Shown here one piece after another: positions 10,501 through 23,980 of a DNA stretch of 64,000 bases. The DNA lies in contig NW_015172553.1 in the NCBI RefSeq assembly GCF_001447785.1, forward strand, positions 3,153,731 through 3,217,730, in the 5' to 3' direction. This DNA comes from Gekko japonicus. Its lineage: Eukaryota. The first letter of the stretch is position 1; each line of letters begins with the position of its first letter. The notes under the pieces were generated by a model that saw nothing but the letters and a program-made list of their open reading frames with translations, did no database searches and was not told where the DNA came from. The translations under genes and the position numbers were made by a program.

Positions 10501-13500
10501 TTAAGGGTAACGGTGGGGCTTCTTATTTAAATACAATAAAAAATATTTTTTAAAAATGTGTAACGGTGGGATCTGGTGGTGGAGGAGGAGGAGGAAAGTG
10601 CCCCCAAGCCACAGCTGACTTGTGGTGACCTCATGGAGTTTTAAAGGCAAGAGGCATTCAGAGGTGGTTTGCTATGGCCTGCCTCCATGTCACAATTCTG
10701 GTATTCCTTGGAGGTCTCCCATGCGGTTATTAGCCAGGGCCGACTCTGCTTAACTTCTGAGATCCGACAAGATCAGGCTAACTTGGGCTATCCAGGTCAG
10801 GGGGATCTGGTCTGTTCTCTGATTTGCAGGCTGGAGGGCCGTTGTTCCAAATCACTTCCTTTTGCTCGTATTCCAGGCCCATCTTAATGGAGAAGCCAGA
10901 TGTGGTAGTGGGCACACCATCCCGGGTCCTGGCCCACTTGCAAGCGCGCAACCTGAGCCTTCAGGACTCCTTGGAGTTGCTGGTGCTGGACGAGGCAGAC
11001 CTTCTTTTCTCTTTTGGCTTTGAGGATGACTTGAAGAAGCTGCTCTGGTGAGGTGGGAGCCGGTCTGCCTTGTCTAGGTAGACAGCCGAGGGTGGGTTGG
11101 AATGGAGTCTTCCAGGTTGTACTTGCCTGACCAAGTTTGTCTCTTTAATGTACCGGTTCTGGTAGTTTACAAACTGAGTGGGGGGGAGTTCAATGTGTAA
11201 GTTACAGGCAGCAGGCAAAGAGAGGTGAGAAGTCTAATAGGTACAGTAAGATCTGCAAAATGTGTAATAGGTCTCTTGAGCCTTTCCCCTCAGTGAAATC
11301 ACATGACAGTTCTGCTGTGGGCTTCCCCAGTTATGTAGGTCTGAAAGGGATGGCATGAGTGCTACTTACAGTGAACAGATTATATATATTTACAAAATTT
11401 GTATGCTGCTTTTCTGCCATCATTAAGGCCACCGGCAGATTAAAAATGCACATTTTGAAAATCATTAAAACCAAACAAAAACATATTATTAAGCCCAAAG
11501 CTAAAACACACATAAAGAGACATAAGAACAGCAATGAAAAGAGTGTAGGAAGGAAGGAATCACTGAGGGAATACCAGATGAAAGCAAGAAGTCTTCATTC
11601 GACAGTAGAAGATGGCAACAGAGAGGGGCAGGGAAGTCTGTCTGGGGAGAGTTCTGGAAGTTTGGTACCATGGTGGAGAAGTTCCTCTCCAAGGTTGACA
11701 CCTGCCTAATCTCAGAATGTTGAGGGCACCCAAAGCAGGTCTTGGAAGATGACTGCACTGCACTGGTGGGGTAGATTCTTAAGGTAGAAGGTGGTCCTTT
11801 AGGTCCCAAGCTATGCAGGATTTTAAAGATCAACTTCAGCACATTGAATTGTTCCTTAGGAACAGAATTTGCTACTTCATATAGAGGTGGCTATGCTCGT
11901 ACTTCTGAGTGAATTGTTTTCTGGATAGCGTGTGGAGACCCAGGTGCTGGACCAGGAGGGCTGCAAGGCTGACCTGTAAGCTTGTTTCTTATGAGTTTCT
12001 ATTTCCTTTCCAGTCATTTGCCCAAGATCTACCAGACGTTCCTCATGTCAGCCACCTTCAGTGCAGACGTGCAAGCTCTGAAGGAGCTGGTGTTGCATAA
12101 TCCTGTAAGAAGGGGGGGTAAATTTCTAGGGTCTGTTTGGGGTGGGTTGGAGGCTGAGTGTTCCTTGTGTCACTGAGTTTTGCAGAACAGTCCTTGCTCC
12201 TTGTCTGTCAACTCTGTTTCCATTGTTCACCCTACTCCTCAAGGGTGTTTGGCACAGAGAAGGGAGCACTCTGGTCAGTCTCCTCAAGTTCATTTTCAGA
12301 AAGGGTCTGTTTGCTTGGGTGTCCTGCACAGGTGACCCTGAAGTTGCAGGAGTCGCAACTGCCAGACAGCTCCCAGCTCAGCCAGTACCAGATTCGGAGT
12401 GAGACGGAGGAGGACAAGTTTCTGCTGCTCTATGCACTGCTGAAGCTTTCTCTGGTGCGGGGAAAAGTCATTCTCTTTGTAAGCACCATTGACCGCTGCT
12501 ACCGCCTCAAGCTGTTCCTGGAGCAGTTCAGCATCCCTGCCTGTGTGCTAAACTCAGAGTTGCCTGTTCAGTCTAGGTAAGCCTCAGTAGGGTTGGGGGT
12601 TTCTGTATGCAGTTGAAGTCCTTAGTTGGGGCAGTTTTGTTTGGGGATACTTTGTGCTCCTTAGCAGCATGTCAAAAGAATGAACTATGAAGAAGAAGAA
12701 GAGATTAGATTTATCCCCCGCCCTTCACTCGGAGTCTCAGAGCGGCTTACAAACTCCTTTCCCTGCCCTTCCCCACAACAGACACCATGTGGGGTAGGTG
12801 GGGCTGAGAGAGCTCTGAGAGAAACTCTTCTTGAGAGAACAGCTCTGAGAGAACTTGTGACTGACCTAAGGTCACCCAGCCAGCTTCACGTGGAGGAGTG
12901 GAGAATCAAACCCAGTCCTCCCAGATTAGAGTCCGCACACTTAACTACTACACCAAACTGGCTCTATGGGAATTGTAACCTGCCTAGCTCGGATTTGTGG
13001 GCCAGATATCCAACAGTTAGTGCCCTGGCAGAGTTCCTGGCAGAACATGTCGCCCATAAACTATGGGGATGGCTCCCTTGGGGCCCTCTGGGACTGCAAG
13101 AGGACCTGTTGACCAGAGGCTCACTGGTACTTCTGATTCACTTCCAGATGCCATATCATCACTCAGTTCAACAAAGGCTTCTATGATTACATTGTCGCCA
13201 CAGATGAGCAGCACCTGGCAGAGCCAGAGGTACTGGGGCAAGGAAAGAAGAAAAGGGGCAAAAGAGCAGAGAAGTAAGTTTGCCTTGGCAGGGTATATAT
13301 TGGCTTAGTAGACAGAGTTTCAAATGTTTAAGTATCAAATAGGAGGCCGAAGTAGATAACTGAATGAAGCCTTCTGCCTGGCAGCCTGTGTGCACATCAG
13401 TCCCCCTCTGATGTTGCTGGTGCTTCTTGGCCCAGTAGGCCTTTCTTCAAGCTTTGTGGGTGTGGCGTGGAAGATCCATTTGAGAGGCTCAGGGGTGTTG

Positions 13501-16500
13501 GGTGTTTTCCCCAGACTGGCTGATTGTGAGCAGCATCTGGGATGCAGCTGTCCTGAGTGTCCTCTTGCTACTTCCCTTCTAGAGGTAAAGAGTCTGGTGT
13601 TGCACGTGGCATCGATTTTGAGAATGTGTCTGCTGTCATCAACTTTGACTTTCCTCCTTCAATTGAGTCCTACATACACCGAGCAGGAAGGTCAGTAGCC
13701 CTGGGAAAGCATCGGGGGGGATATCTGTGTTTACGGAAGTGAAAAAGCTTCATATATCTGTAATGTGGAGATCCGTTAGGGATTTTCAGTAAATTGCTGC
13801 CTTGCAACTTGACCAGGCCATGGAATGACTGTGTGTCATCTGGAATTTGGGAAGGCTTTTGTGTGGATAGCAAGTAATGCAGAAGTTTGATTCTTGGAAT
13901 CTCAGTGTATTATAGAAAGGGCAATTTCTAGTGCTGCTTTGTGGAGATGCTTTTCTTTTGTTTAGAAGTGAAGGTGTGTAGTGACTTGTGTGTGGTGGTG
14001 CCTTAGGTGTGGCCTACCTAGCTGCTGTACCTTTTTTCTTTTTTTGCACCTTATCTGTGCATTCTTTGTTGCAACAGAGTGGTATTTCTCCGCAATCAGC
14101 AAGAGAGATGAGGATTGCTGTAAACAAAACCTGGCACAGATGTAATTTGTTTGCAGATAGCAAACCTATTTTCCATATTGTTGGGAGTGTGCAGCAGTTT
14201 GGGACTTCACTGCATGCTGTGAACGTGGAGGCCAGGCCATACCAGGGGCTCTGTTAGTGGGTTTCAGCCACCTGCAAGTGCCATTTGAGCTCCAGTGCTC
14301 AGTCTCCATATGCAGTACTGTCCTGTAGTTTCCAGGTCTGTCCATGATGCAGCGGGTTCAAGGCTGTCAGTATCCCAATGTCTTGGTCTCAGTTGTGCTT
14401 TTCCTTTCTTCTTTCTTGCAGAACAGCCCGTGCCCACAACCCTGGAACGGTGCTGACTTTTGTGTCTTGCTCAGAGAGTGCCCAGCTGGCCAAGATTGAG
14501 GCAGCACTTGTGGGAGGTGAGTGTGAGAGCTGTCAGTTGGTCCCATGCAAGCAGGTTGCTGAGGCCAGCCAGAATGGGCACTAGACACAAAGCTGTCATC
14601 CCTTTCCGGCCAATTCGGGGGGGTTCCCTTGTGGCTATTCAGTGCGATAGTTGCTGTGCCATAACCAAAACTGTCCCTGCTTGTTCCCCAGAAACCAGTG
14701 CAATCACCTTACAACCGTATCAGTTTCAGATGGAAGAAATTGAAGGCCTCCGATATCGCTGTCGGGTTAGTGTGTTCGCTTGAGTAGCATCAAAGTATGC
14801 ATGGGGAGGGGAAATTTGATGTCCTCAGGGACAATACAACACAAATTCTCTTGTTGTGCTTTACAAAATGGGAAGAGGTGGATGTAATTTTTTTCATGTA
14901 AGGCTGCTTGTGAGCGTGGCTGTGAGGCCTGTGCAGAACTTCAGCATCTGCTGGGAGATTAGATCTGCCTGGCCATGCTTTATTGTTCAGAAAATGAAAA
15001 ACGACTGAGATGTAGAGTCCCCATAGAATCCTCAGAACTGGCTCTTGGGTTCTGCTAGTGCTCACGTTCTGTTGGAAGTTTCCTGGGTTGCTTTTAATAT
15101 AGGTGCTTCTCAGTATTAAGAGCGGGACAGAGATGCTCTCCATGGGGCTCGGTTGACCTATTGCCTCCTTGAATTCCAACTAGTGGCAGATTAGAATAAG
15201 CAGCTTCCACAGACTGGGGTGGGGTGGGGAGCACCTAAGCTGACTTGAGTAAACACAATTAATGCAATTTAAGCACAGGCTGGAAATTTTAAACACATTT
15301 TTTCCTGCAGTCAAGGTGGGGATTGCCAGATATATTAATGCAGAAGTACCTGTATTCCTCTTCCATCCCCATGTTACACTTTTATCTTCGTCTGCCTGTG
15401 GGTGCTTATGACCAGGTAGGCAGAGCAGGTACCTCATGGTTGCTGCACTGCCTGAACTCTGCCCCCTTCTTGCTTCCAGGATGCCATGCGTTCAGTCACC
15501 AAGCAGGCAATCAAGGAGGCTCGGCTCCGGGAGATCAAGGAGGAGCTGCTCAACTCAGAGAAACTGAAGGTATAACCCTGGTCATGGGGGGTCTCCCCCT
15601 CACCCGCAATGTATTGACAATCTTTCTAGAGATGCATGCCTGCTGTTTTCTTTTGGACATCCTTTCCCCCCGCCCCCCTTCTAGACATACTTTGAAGACA
15701 ACCCCCGGGATCTGAATCTATTGCGCCATGACCAGCCCCTTCATCCAGCCATCGTCAAGCCGCACCTGCGCAATGTGCCAGAATACTTGGGTAAGGAGCA
15801 GATAAGAGTGCATGGAAAATGCTGGAAAGAAGCAGAGAATGGACATAATTGTGCCTGTTGAGAGCACATGTCTGCTGCCTTGAAAGAGTGGTGCAGTGCT
15901 GCACAGTAACAGTATACCACAGGGTGCACATTAACTCTTGGTCTTCGTACTCTTTACTTAAAAATGATCTTGTTGTAAGAAACCATGAGCGTAGAAATCT
16001 CAGCAGTCCCTGTAAAAGTGAGGGGTTGCTTCCATATTTTGACTGGAGAATATTTGTTTACTTTATAGCCCACTTTTCTTTCTGAGACTCAAGGAGGATC
16101 CAAATAGAAAAACAAAGCAGTCAGATTGCATTCAGCAGCCAAAAATCAATGCAATAGGACTAGGGTTGCAAAATTATAAAACAATGTAAACCAAAATAAA
16201 TAAGACATGGCATACAATAAACAGTGCAGAAGCTAATCATAGAATCAGAGTTGGAAAGGACCGCCAGGGAAATTTCAGGTGGCAGGGCATAGCAGGAAAG
16301 TTACTGGGGATAGCAAGCCTTGAAGGACTTTCTAGGTGATAACCAGAACTTGAACAGAACCTGATAACTGATCAGTAACCAATAGAGGGACTGCAATAGT
16401 AGGTATCTGTGGGGAAGCAAAATGAGTATGTAGATTGGCATGATAGACAGATGCAATAGGATGATGATGAAATCAGCTGGAGTAGAAGGTTGGTGGGGAG

Positions 16501-18126
16501 GATCAGGGACCACACTAGGACCGATTCCCCACAAGCAACTCTGCCGCTGTTGCTCTTCCGTTTCCCCCGGTTGTATTGGTCAATTTCACACTATTCGCTG
16601 TGCGGCCGCATTTTGACCCGCATCTCCCCCCGATTTCCTCCATGTCTTCTCAATCCTCAAAAAACAGGATCGAGAAGACATGGGGGAAATCGGGGGGAGA
16701 TGTGAGTCAAACTGCAGCCGTGCAGCGAATAGTGTGAGATTGTCCAATGCAACCAGGGGAAGCAGCGAAAGAGCGATGGCGGCACAGCTGCTTGTGGGGA
16801 ATCGGTCTGGGTATGCGCTTCTGCATCCTGTTTGTTTGGACAGCAGCCAATTGCTCCTTCTGCTTTTCTTCGCAGTGCCCCCTAGCCTACAAGCTGTTGC
16901 ACGGCCCCTCAACTGCAAACGCAAGCGGCGGAAGCCACTGCCTCCCCGTACTAAGGTTTGTGTTCTGTGTCTCAGTTCCAATGTGGTATCTGCAAGGAGG
17001 CTCTCTGAAATTGGAACAACCAGCTCTTCCTCTCCCCCACCTCCTCTTTGTAGTATTGCCAAGAGTCCCAAGAATGATATCTGTAGTCCAGTCCGTGCTT
17101 AGGCACAGTCAGTAGTGTTGCTATTAATATTGCAATGGGGGTGGGTGCTACAGAGGTGGCCTGCAGTCTGGGTGGGGGCTGTCTGAGGTATCCCCCATGT
17201 TCTCGTGCCCTATTCTTGGGGGAGGCAGCTCTTTCTCCAGTAACCCATGCTAAGATTCCACCACTTCATTCAATTAGTATAATGGAACCCTTCCTGAGTT
17301 CCCAGCTCTTGATTGCAGATGAGACTCCATTAGATGCCAAAATAAAATGAAAATTGTTCTTTTGCTGCTCTCTTGCAAGGATGAGTTCCTCATCTAGGCC
17401 TTTAGGTGGAGCCTTCTGTTCCCTGCCACTGAGAGCATGCTGATTAGTTCAGTTGGCATTCCTTCGCAGTGAGAAATAATCAACACGGCTCTGGACGGCT
17501 GCTGGGTAGTGAACTTTGCCTCCACCCCTTCTGTTTGACTCTCCTTGTCTGGCTATTGCACTCACAATCCTGCACTTAGAGTTCATTTAAACGATCAAAT
17601 ATTTCCAAATGTGTTTATGGGTAAGAAAAATATAAGTTATGAATAATAAAAACAGCTTAGTCAACAGCTGCAGCAGAATGAATTTTAAAAAGCAATCTCT
17701 GTAGATCCCACACAAGGCAGCAGATAGCCAGCTCAACGAAAACTGAGGATACCCTAAATCCTAAGAAGTTGTGTGTGACACCAGAGAGAGTAAATAATGC
17801 ACCGGGCTGAGGTCCTGCCTAAGCAGAGCATGGCAGAGGGCTTCAGAAGATGACCTTAATGGTCCAAGAATTTGGGACTGGGTGGGCCATTTTGGAGACT
17901 ATCAGGAACTTGCTGTATGGCTGAATGCAGGGAAAGTGTGTGGAAGAGAGCTGGAGTAATCTTTGAAGGTTTCCAGTGTAGCCTTCGTGAGTTGCTTGGG
18001 AGAAACAGGGCAGCAGTCTCTCATTCTTCTGTTTCCTCCGTGCAGGAGCAGCAAAACCCACTACGCAGCTTCAAATTCACAAGGCAGAAATCACGGACTC
18101 CAGCCAAGAGAAAGAAACCCTCCTGA
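9890..18126 (+). CDS. DDX56: DEAD-box RNA helicase DDX56 (Dbp9 ortholog, 60S biogenesis), 548 aa, 14 exons
   Basis: Exons 9890-9946, 10044-10205, 10302-10462, 10877-11047, 12014-12104, 12332-12576, 13148-13273, 13583-13690, 14422-14516, 14692-14765, 15480-15569, 15685-15790, 16876-16955, 18046-18126. Total 1647 nt, phases consistent, GT-AG introns. Motifs [35 protein letters not shown] and C-terminal NPLRSFK. ATTAAA at 18309. Confidence 0.95.
10598..10802 (-). mobile_element. 5S rRNA-derived SINE in DDX56 intron 3
   Basis: Same 5S-derived head as 3898-4125; flanked by a GGATCTGGT duplication. Confidence 0.7.
12686..12966 (-). mobile_element. tRNA-derived SINE (Squam3-like), full length
   Basis: Minus strand begins AGAGCCAGTTTGGTGTAGTAGTTAAGTGTGCGGACTCTAATCTGGGAGG (A box) with a GGTTTGATTC B box, and ends in a (TTC)n tail. 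Confidence 0.8.
16519..16807. repeat. 289-bp near-perfect palindrome (foldback MITE, possibly PIF/Harbinger-like) in DDX56 intron 12
   Basis: Arms 16519-16657 and 16666-16807 are reverse complements around the loop CAAAAAAC. Termini GACCGATTCCCCACAAGCA / TGCTTGTGGGGAATCGGTC; flanks TAG / TGG. Confidence 0.85.
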
Positions 18127-18888
18127 GTTCCTGGCTCTGGCGGACAGTGTTACGTATGCATTAGAGAGCAATGTGACTATGGACCCTCCACTCTGGGGCT
18201 GTGCTTTTCTGCCAGGATAGGACATTTCTATATGAAAATACTAGAAGAGTGTTTGGGCCTTTAAATATACAGATTTTAAAAGACTTCCTACCCTTTCCTC
18301 GGAAAGCAATTAAAATGGCTGAAACCTCTTAGACTTTTAAGTCCTTAAGGTAAAAAGTTGTGTTACAAATATAAACCATTTGTGAGTTTATGGTTTATTC
18401 TGGAATGACTCAGACAAACGTATTTCCTTCTCATACTGGTCTTCCCAGATTAGGGGATTGGGGGGGGGGGGGGTAAAGACAGGACATGAACTTGGCACTG
18501 GTGCCAGAGACTTCCTGGCTTCTGGCAGCTGCATGGATGGATGCTGGTGCAAAGGTTGTTACCCCCCCCTTTAGTCTTCACAAGCCCACTTGCAGCAGTG
18601 GAAGGGAGATTGCTTCTGGGTGTTTGCCAGAAGGTGGTGGTCCTAAGGCAGAATAGCTCAGGAGTCTGAGAAGACTGGTACACTTGCCATTAATGTCTTC
18701 CTTGGGGGTTGAGTGCACAAATCGCTCCACTATCAGCTGTCTCCCTTTTTTGCTCTAAGTCTGCTTCTACCTGTTGATAACCACCTGCAGATGCTCCTTG
18801 AAATAATGTCCAAATATTGTCTTGAGCAGATGAATTAGGTGAGCATTCTGTCCATTGTGGTGTGAACCAGTGTGGTGCATGGTTCAGT

Positions 18889-19370
18889 GCAGGGCTGTTG
18901 AACCAATTTGTTATGAGGGCTGGATCTGACATAAATGAGACCTTGTTGGGCTGGGCCATGTGTGTCATAAAATGTAATGCCAGGTAGCGGAGATATAAAC
19001 TTTATAAAGGACACAAGACAAACACAAAGATTTTTTAAAACTTTAAATAAAACATGCTTAAAACACTAGCACTCTTGCAATATTTTGTCTATTTAACAGT
19101 CTCTGATAACTGACACCTCTTGCTCTGAATTATTGCATCAAAATATCTGCTGTAGTAATCTTGAGTATGCTGTTCAGGTGTGTACCTGTAAGCTGCAAAC
19201 CTACTTTTGATTTATTGAGATGCATTACAGAAATCTCATGCTCAGTGTTCTGAGCCTAGGACCCAAGGAAAAACATGAAATGGCTGGGCATTGCAACCTT
19301 TTGTACCCAGGTTGCTTCATGTACTGGTCAAGAACATGAGAAGGCATCCTGACACAGACTGAGGGCTGTT
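18889..19370 (+). mobile_element. Probable non-autonomous hAT (Charlie-type) element, degenerate
   Basis: Starts CAGGGCTGTTGAACCAATTTGTTATGAGGGCTGGATCTGAC, resembling Charlie-type termini. Right end and TSD not resolved. Confidence 0.4.
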
Positions 19371-20160
19371 TGTTTGTCTAAAAAACTATAGTCTTCCCCA
19401 GAGAAATCACTACAACTTCCTTCAAAGAATATGTGCTGGGTGAACTTGGTCTGGATGTGCACTCTCAGCCTAATCCACCTCACTGGCTTCTTGTTATTCC
19501 TCCTCTAAAATAGTTCACATTGCTTTCTTACTGAGAAAGACTGGATCATGAGGGCATGAATACACTGAAACTCTGGCTGGTTCCTAGTTGCACTTGCACC
19601 CAGGAGAGCCCTGGCATACGGAGCCCAACAAAACACACACACAGCATAAAGAGCCCAACAGAATATACACACACTGTAGCAAGGCACACAAAAGCTCATA
19701 CCTTAAAAAAAACTTTGTTAGTCTTAAAGGTGCCTGGTATTTCTCCCGTGCGATTGAGGCAGCCCAGCAAAACAAGCTCTCCCTCGTTCCCTCCCTTCAG
19801 GGAGGAGCCTCAGCCAGTGGACGGAAAGAAAGGCTTCCCTTTGTCTCCTGTGCACGATTGAGGCAGCCTGGCCAGGAAGCAAACTCTGGCTGGTTCCCTC
19901 CCATCAAAGTCAGTATTGTCTCGCCAGACTGACAGTGGCTCTCCAGGGTCTCAGACACAGAGGTCTTTCACATCACCTACTACCTGGTCCTTTTAACTAG
20001 AGATGCTGGGGGTTGAACCTGGGACCTTCTGCCTGCAAAGCAGAGATGCTCTACCACTGAGTCATTGCCCCTCCCAAACTGTAGCATTTTGTCTAGAGGT
20101 AATCAGGGTAGGATAACAGGTTTGGGTGGAGGCATTTTGTCTAAAGGTAATCTGCTTTCT

Positions 20161-20500
20161 GGAGCTGCGGTGGTTCAAGTGGTTAAGACGCTGAACTGCA
20201 GGCTGTGAAAGGTCGGTAGTTCAGTAGTTCAAGACCCGAGTTGCCGCATGACGGAGTGAGCTCCCGTCTCTAGTTCCAGCTCCTGCCAACCTAGCAGTTC
20301 GAAAGCAAGAAATTGCAAGTAGATAAATAAGTACCACTTCAGTGGGAAGGTAACAGCGTTCCGTGCGCCTTGGTGTTTAGTCATGCTGGCCATGGAAACA
20401 TCTTCGGACAGCGCTGGCTCTTCGGCTTTGAAACTGAGATGAGTACCGCAACCCGAGAGTCGGATTCGACTGGCTTTTGAGCAAGGGAACCTTTACCTTT
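20161..20500 (+). mobile_element. Sauria SINE (tRNA head, Bov-B/RTE-derived ACCTTT tail)
   Basis: GGAGCTGCGGTGGTTCAAGTGGTTAAG head and GGGAACCTTTACCTTT tail. 12-bp TSD AATCTGCTTTCT at 20149-20160 and 20501-20512. Confidence 0.88.
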
Positions 20501-23500
20501 AATCTGCTTTCTCCAAGCCAGCAGGGATGTGCTGTGGCTGTTGTTCCGACAGGCCTTTGCTCGGAAAAGGACGTTCTTGGCTGCTGGGATGAACAGGGGA
20601 GCCATGCACCCATTCTTAATGGCTGGCAGTGGTGGCAAGGCAGTTGGACTATTGCCCTGGCTCCGTGCCTTATCAGGATATACAAGGCAGGAGTCAAGGC
20701 CAGGACTGGATTGTAAACCTTGAGGAGACAGGGTAGGATAACAGGTTTGGGTGGAGGCAGTGGTCTTATATGACGTTTCAGGGCAAAGATTAGGTGAGTG
20801 GCTCGTCGTAGATAGGAAATGTGCAGCTCAGTATATTCATTAATTTTCTTTGCCTTTTGTTGTACGCCCTGCTCCCCGCCCTTCATGATGTGTTTGTGTA
20901 CCTGCAAGCAAGAGCTGCCTTGCATATTTACTGTAAAACATTTATATCCTCAACCAAGGAAGTTTGCGAACTGCTTATCATAGACATCTGCAATAGATTG
21001 GACTAAAAGTCAATAAAGTAATTATCAGTAAGATGAAACCAAATAACAATCTTAACCATAAAACAATTTAGAAGCAAAACTATTATTCAAAAGGCAAAGT
21101 AAGGTTTCACGGGCATGGTACCAATGGATGGTATTTACTTGTGGGTGAGGGCCTGTGAGCAATTGTTGGGTGGAACATTCAGACTGCCTTCACAATGATG
21201 ATGTGACGGGGAAAAGGAAGCATCTAATTTCTGAGACTCTTTGATCTTTGCTGCCCAGAAAGTTGGACACAAACTGCTCCTCCAGTGAAACTGAAGAAGA
21301 GGCGGGTGGAGGTACAGGAGTCTCCTCTTCAGCAGAAAGAAACAGCAGTGTTTCTTCCTTTTGCTCAGTGCACACATCCTGTTGCTCAAAGAGCATCCTG
21401 TGCAAACCATTTTAGAAGTGACCTCAATTTGGAAAGTAAATGGTTTCCTGTACTTTATTTAAGGACCTGTGATAAATGTTCCTGCATAGACCTGCTTTCT
21501 TTAAAATTCGGTGGTTTTTGCAATTGGAACTAACTGAGCTCTGCAAAGATCCGCACATGCCATGCCTCCAAGTCTTGATTCATTCTGGCCTACGTAGACT
21601 AGTACTTCTCAAACTTCAGCAACTCTGGGAGCCACATTTTGATTAAAGATTCTTAGCAAACCCAAGCCCTCTTCATCTCCGTCACCCATGCTCACTATGT
21701 TGCAGATGCCCCTGTTTTCATAGGGCACAGCCTGCTCCATGGAGGCCCACTTCTCCCATCCCAAGCAAGAGCGTGAGAATTACATTTGCTACACTTTAAA
21801 ATCCAATTTAATAAAATGTTTGTGACTCACAAGGTCAGGTAACAGAGTTTAGCTGATTCTTTTGAACCGTAGGCTCTAACTCAAGTTCTGATCAATTGAA
21901 AGCAACTTTGTATAGAACCCCCCCCCCAATAGGTTAATATCTCCTAGGTAGAGGCCAGCTGAACAGGGTGGGGGAGAAATGTTCAGAGCTGCTCATAAAA
22001 CTAGAAACAGGCCAACATTGCACACAAGGTGAATGAACACACAGAGTTGTAACTCTTCATCGCGAAACCATTTGCCTTGAAAAACAGTGGGACAATTTTT
22101 TTATTTGAAGGTAACTATCCTGGCTGTCCTTCCTTGGTGCCATTCCCCGTTGAAAGAGGGGAAGCTAATTCCATCCTCCAATGTGAAGAGTTCTATCCCC
22201 ATTGCTGGAATCTCTTTTTGCACTATCCAACTGGATTTGAGAAGGACTTATCTACTGCCCTTGCAAAGGATTAGCAGATCCTCTGCTGTACTCTTGTGGA
22301 CCACAGTTTGACAGACACTGAAAGTGTGCTTTTTTGTAGAAATAAGAATGCAGAGTTGTTTAGTCATCCCATGCTAAAAAACCCAAAATTACATGCTAAA
22401 AAACAAAAATTACACTCTTCAACAATAAGAGAAAATTATGGTTAGGTTTTCCCAATTTCATCCTTAAAGTAAAGGGACTGTTGGTGGTTCCAAGAGCCTC
22501 CTGGAGCATGGTTATTGGGTCACTTTTGCCTTAGAGCCCTCCTCTAGTACAGAAGAGACAGTGTTGCCTCTGCCTTGGGCTGACCACATGAAACAAATTC
22601 TAGGAGCCTGGACTGGGCACAGTAATTGGCTTTGGTACCTACCTTGGGGGCTTCCTGGGATGGAGGCAAGAAAGTCTGGGACATATGAAGCTGCCTTCAA
22701 CTGTTAGGCTATTGGTTGACCTTGCCTAGAATGGTCTGCCAGCCAGGATCTCAGTCAGAGGAAACTTTGCTAAGATATGTCTAATTGTAGATGCCAGGGG
22801 ACTGAACCTAGAACCTTGTGCGTGTCAGCAAGGCCTTCTGCAGGTGCCGGCCTGCAAATGGGCAAAATCAACAGAAGCCTTGAGATGTGCTTTCCCTTAT
22901 GCAGGGACCACACTGCAAAAGGGCAAAATCAATAACTGCCTGTAGATGCCTTCTCCTTTATGGAGCATCCTGCCTGATGAAGCCAAGAAGGCCCCCACTC
23001 TCCAGGCATTCCTCGAACGATGCAAAACTGGATTATTCAGGAGGATATTTTTATAAAGGCCTTTATTATTGTGGAGTGGTTCAGGAAGATGCTTTAGTAA
23101 AAGGCTAGAAACTGTGGAGTTACAATACTGTGTACAGAGCAAATACTGTCTGTGTATAGAGCAAATACTGCCTAATACTGTATTAGGCTATTTCATTGGC
23201 TTTAATTTCTGCTCATTACATTGTTTATCTCCCATCCTATTGGCTGCATTGACTTACTGTGTAACCTGCCTTGAGCCTCAGTGAGAAGGGTGGACCACAA
23301 ATGATGTAAATAAAAGTCAGCTAGGGCCCTTCTAAGAACACCACTCCCTTCTACAATTGTGAGTGTTCAGCAGGGTCTGGTCTTATTCCTGCAATGCAGC
23401 TACAATCTTATATGTGCTTTTAGGAAAAAACGGAAGGAAAAGAAGAGACCTGCAAGGACTGGTGTGTGGGGGGGAATCTCATTTCCCCTCCCCCACTACT

Positions 23501-23769
23501 ACGTCTTTCCCTTCCCTGTAAGCCACCATGGTCTCCCTCTTCCTTCCTTCCTTCTTTTTTCTTTCCCATCTACCAGCCAATTTACCATTATGCATCCCTG
23601 GCAACTTCTCCCTGGGAAAACTCTGGCCCGGCAGGCATTGGGGAAGCTGCAAAGAACTGGCAGGGGGCACTTCACTTTCCCCTGTATCCCTCTGTCCACA
23701 CTCTTTTCTCTTTTTCTCTTGGTAGTCCTCATGTCCTCAGTTTTCCTTCTCCTTCCACCCGCCAAACAA

Positions 23770-23980
23770 CCTTCCTTTTATCATGCCCCCCCCCAACAGG
23801 GACCTAAAGCCGCTTACATCTTCCTCTTCTGTTTTATCCTCACAACAACTCTCTGAGGTAGGTTAGGTTAAGAGTGTATGACTGGCACACAGTCACAGGA
23901 AAACTTCTATAGCAGAGTGAGGATTTCAGGCTGGGTGTCCCAGATCCTAGCCTGGAACTAACCACTGCAGCACACTGGCT
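23770..23980 (-). mobile_element. Old tRNA-derived SINE (Squam3/L2-tail type)
   Basis: ATCCTCACAACAAC...GAGGTAGGTTAGG...AACCACTGCAGCACACTGGCT; similar to 34070-34295. Confidence 0.55.

Noticed and set aside
17380-17405. Possible extra DDX56 micro-exon after a pyrimidine tract
   Set aside because: It is 26 nt with an in-frame TAG, and the 14-exon model already gives a full-length 548-aa protein.
20161-20240. tRNA gene
   Set aside because: It is the tRNA-derived head of a Sauria SINE with no complete cloverleaf.
22974-23000. CTGATGA-AGCC...GGC as a hammerhead
   Set aside because: The required GAAA after stem II is missing.
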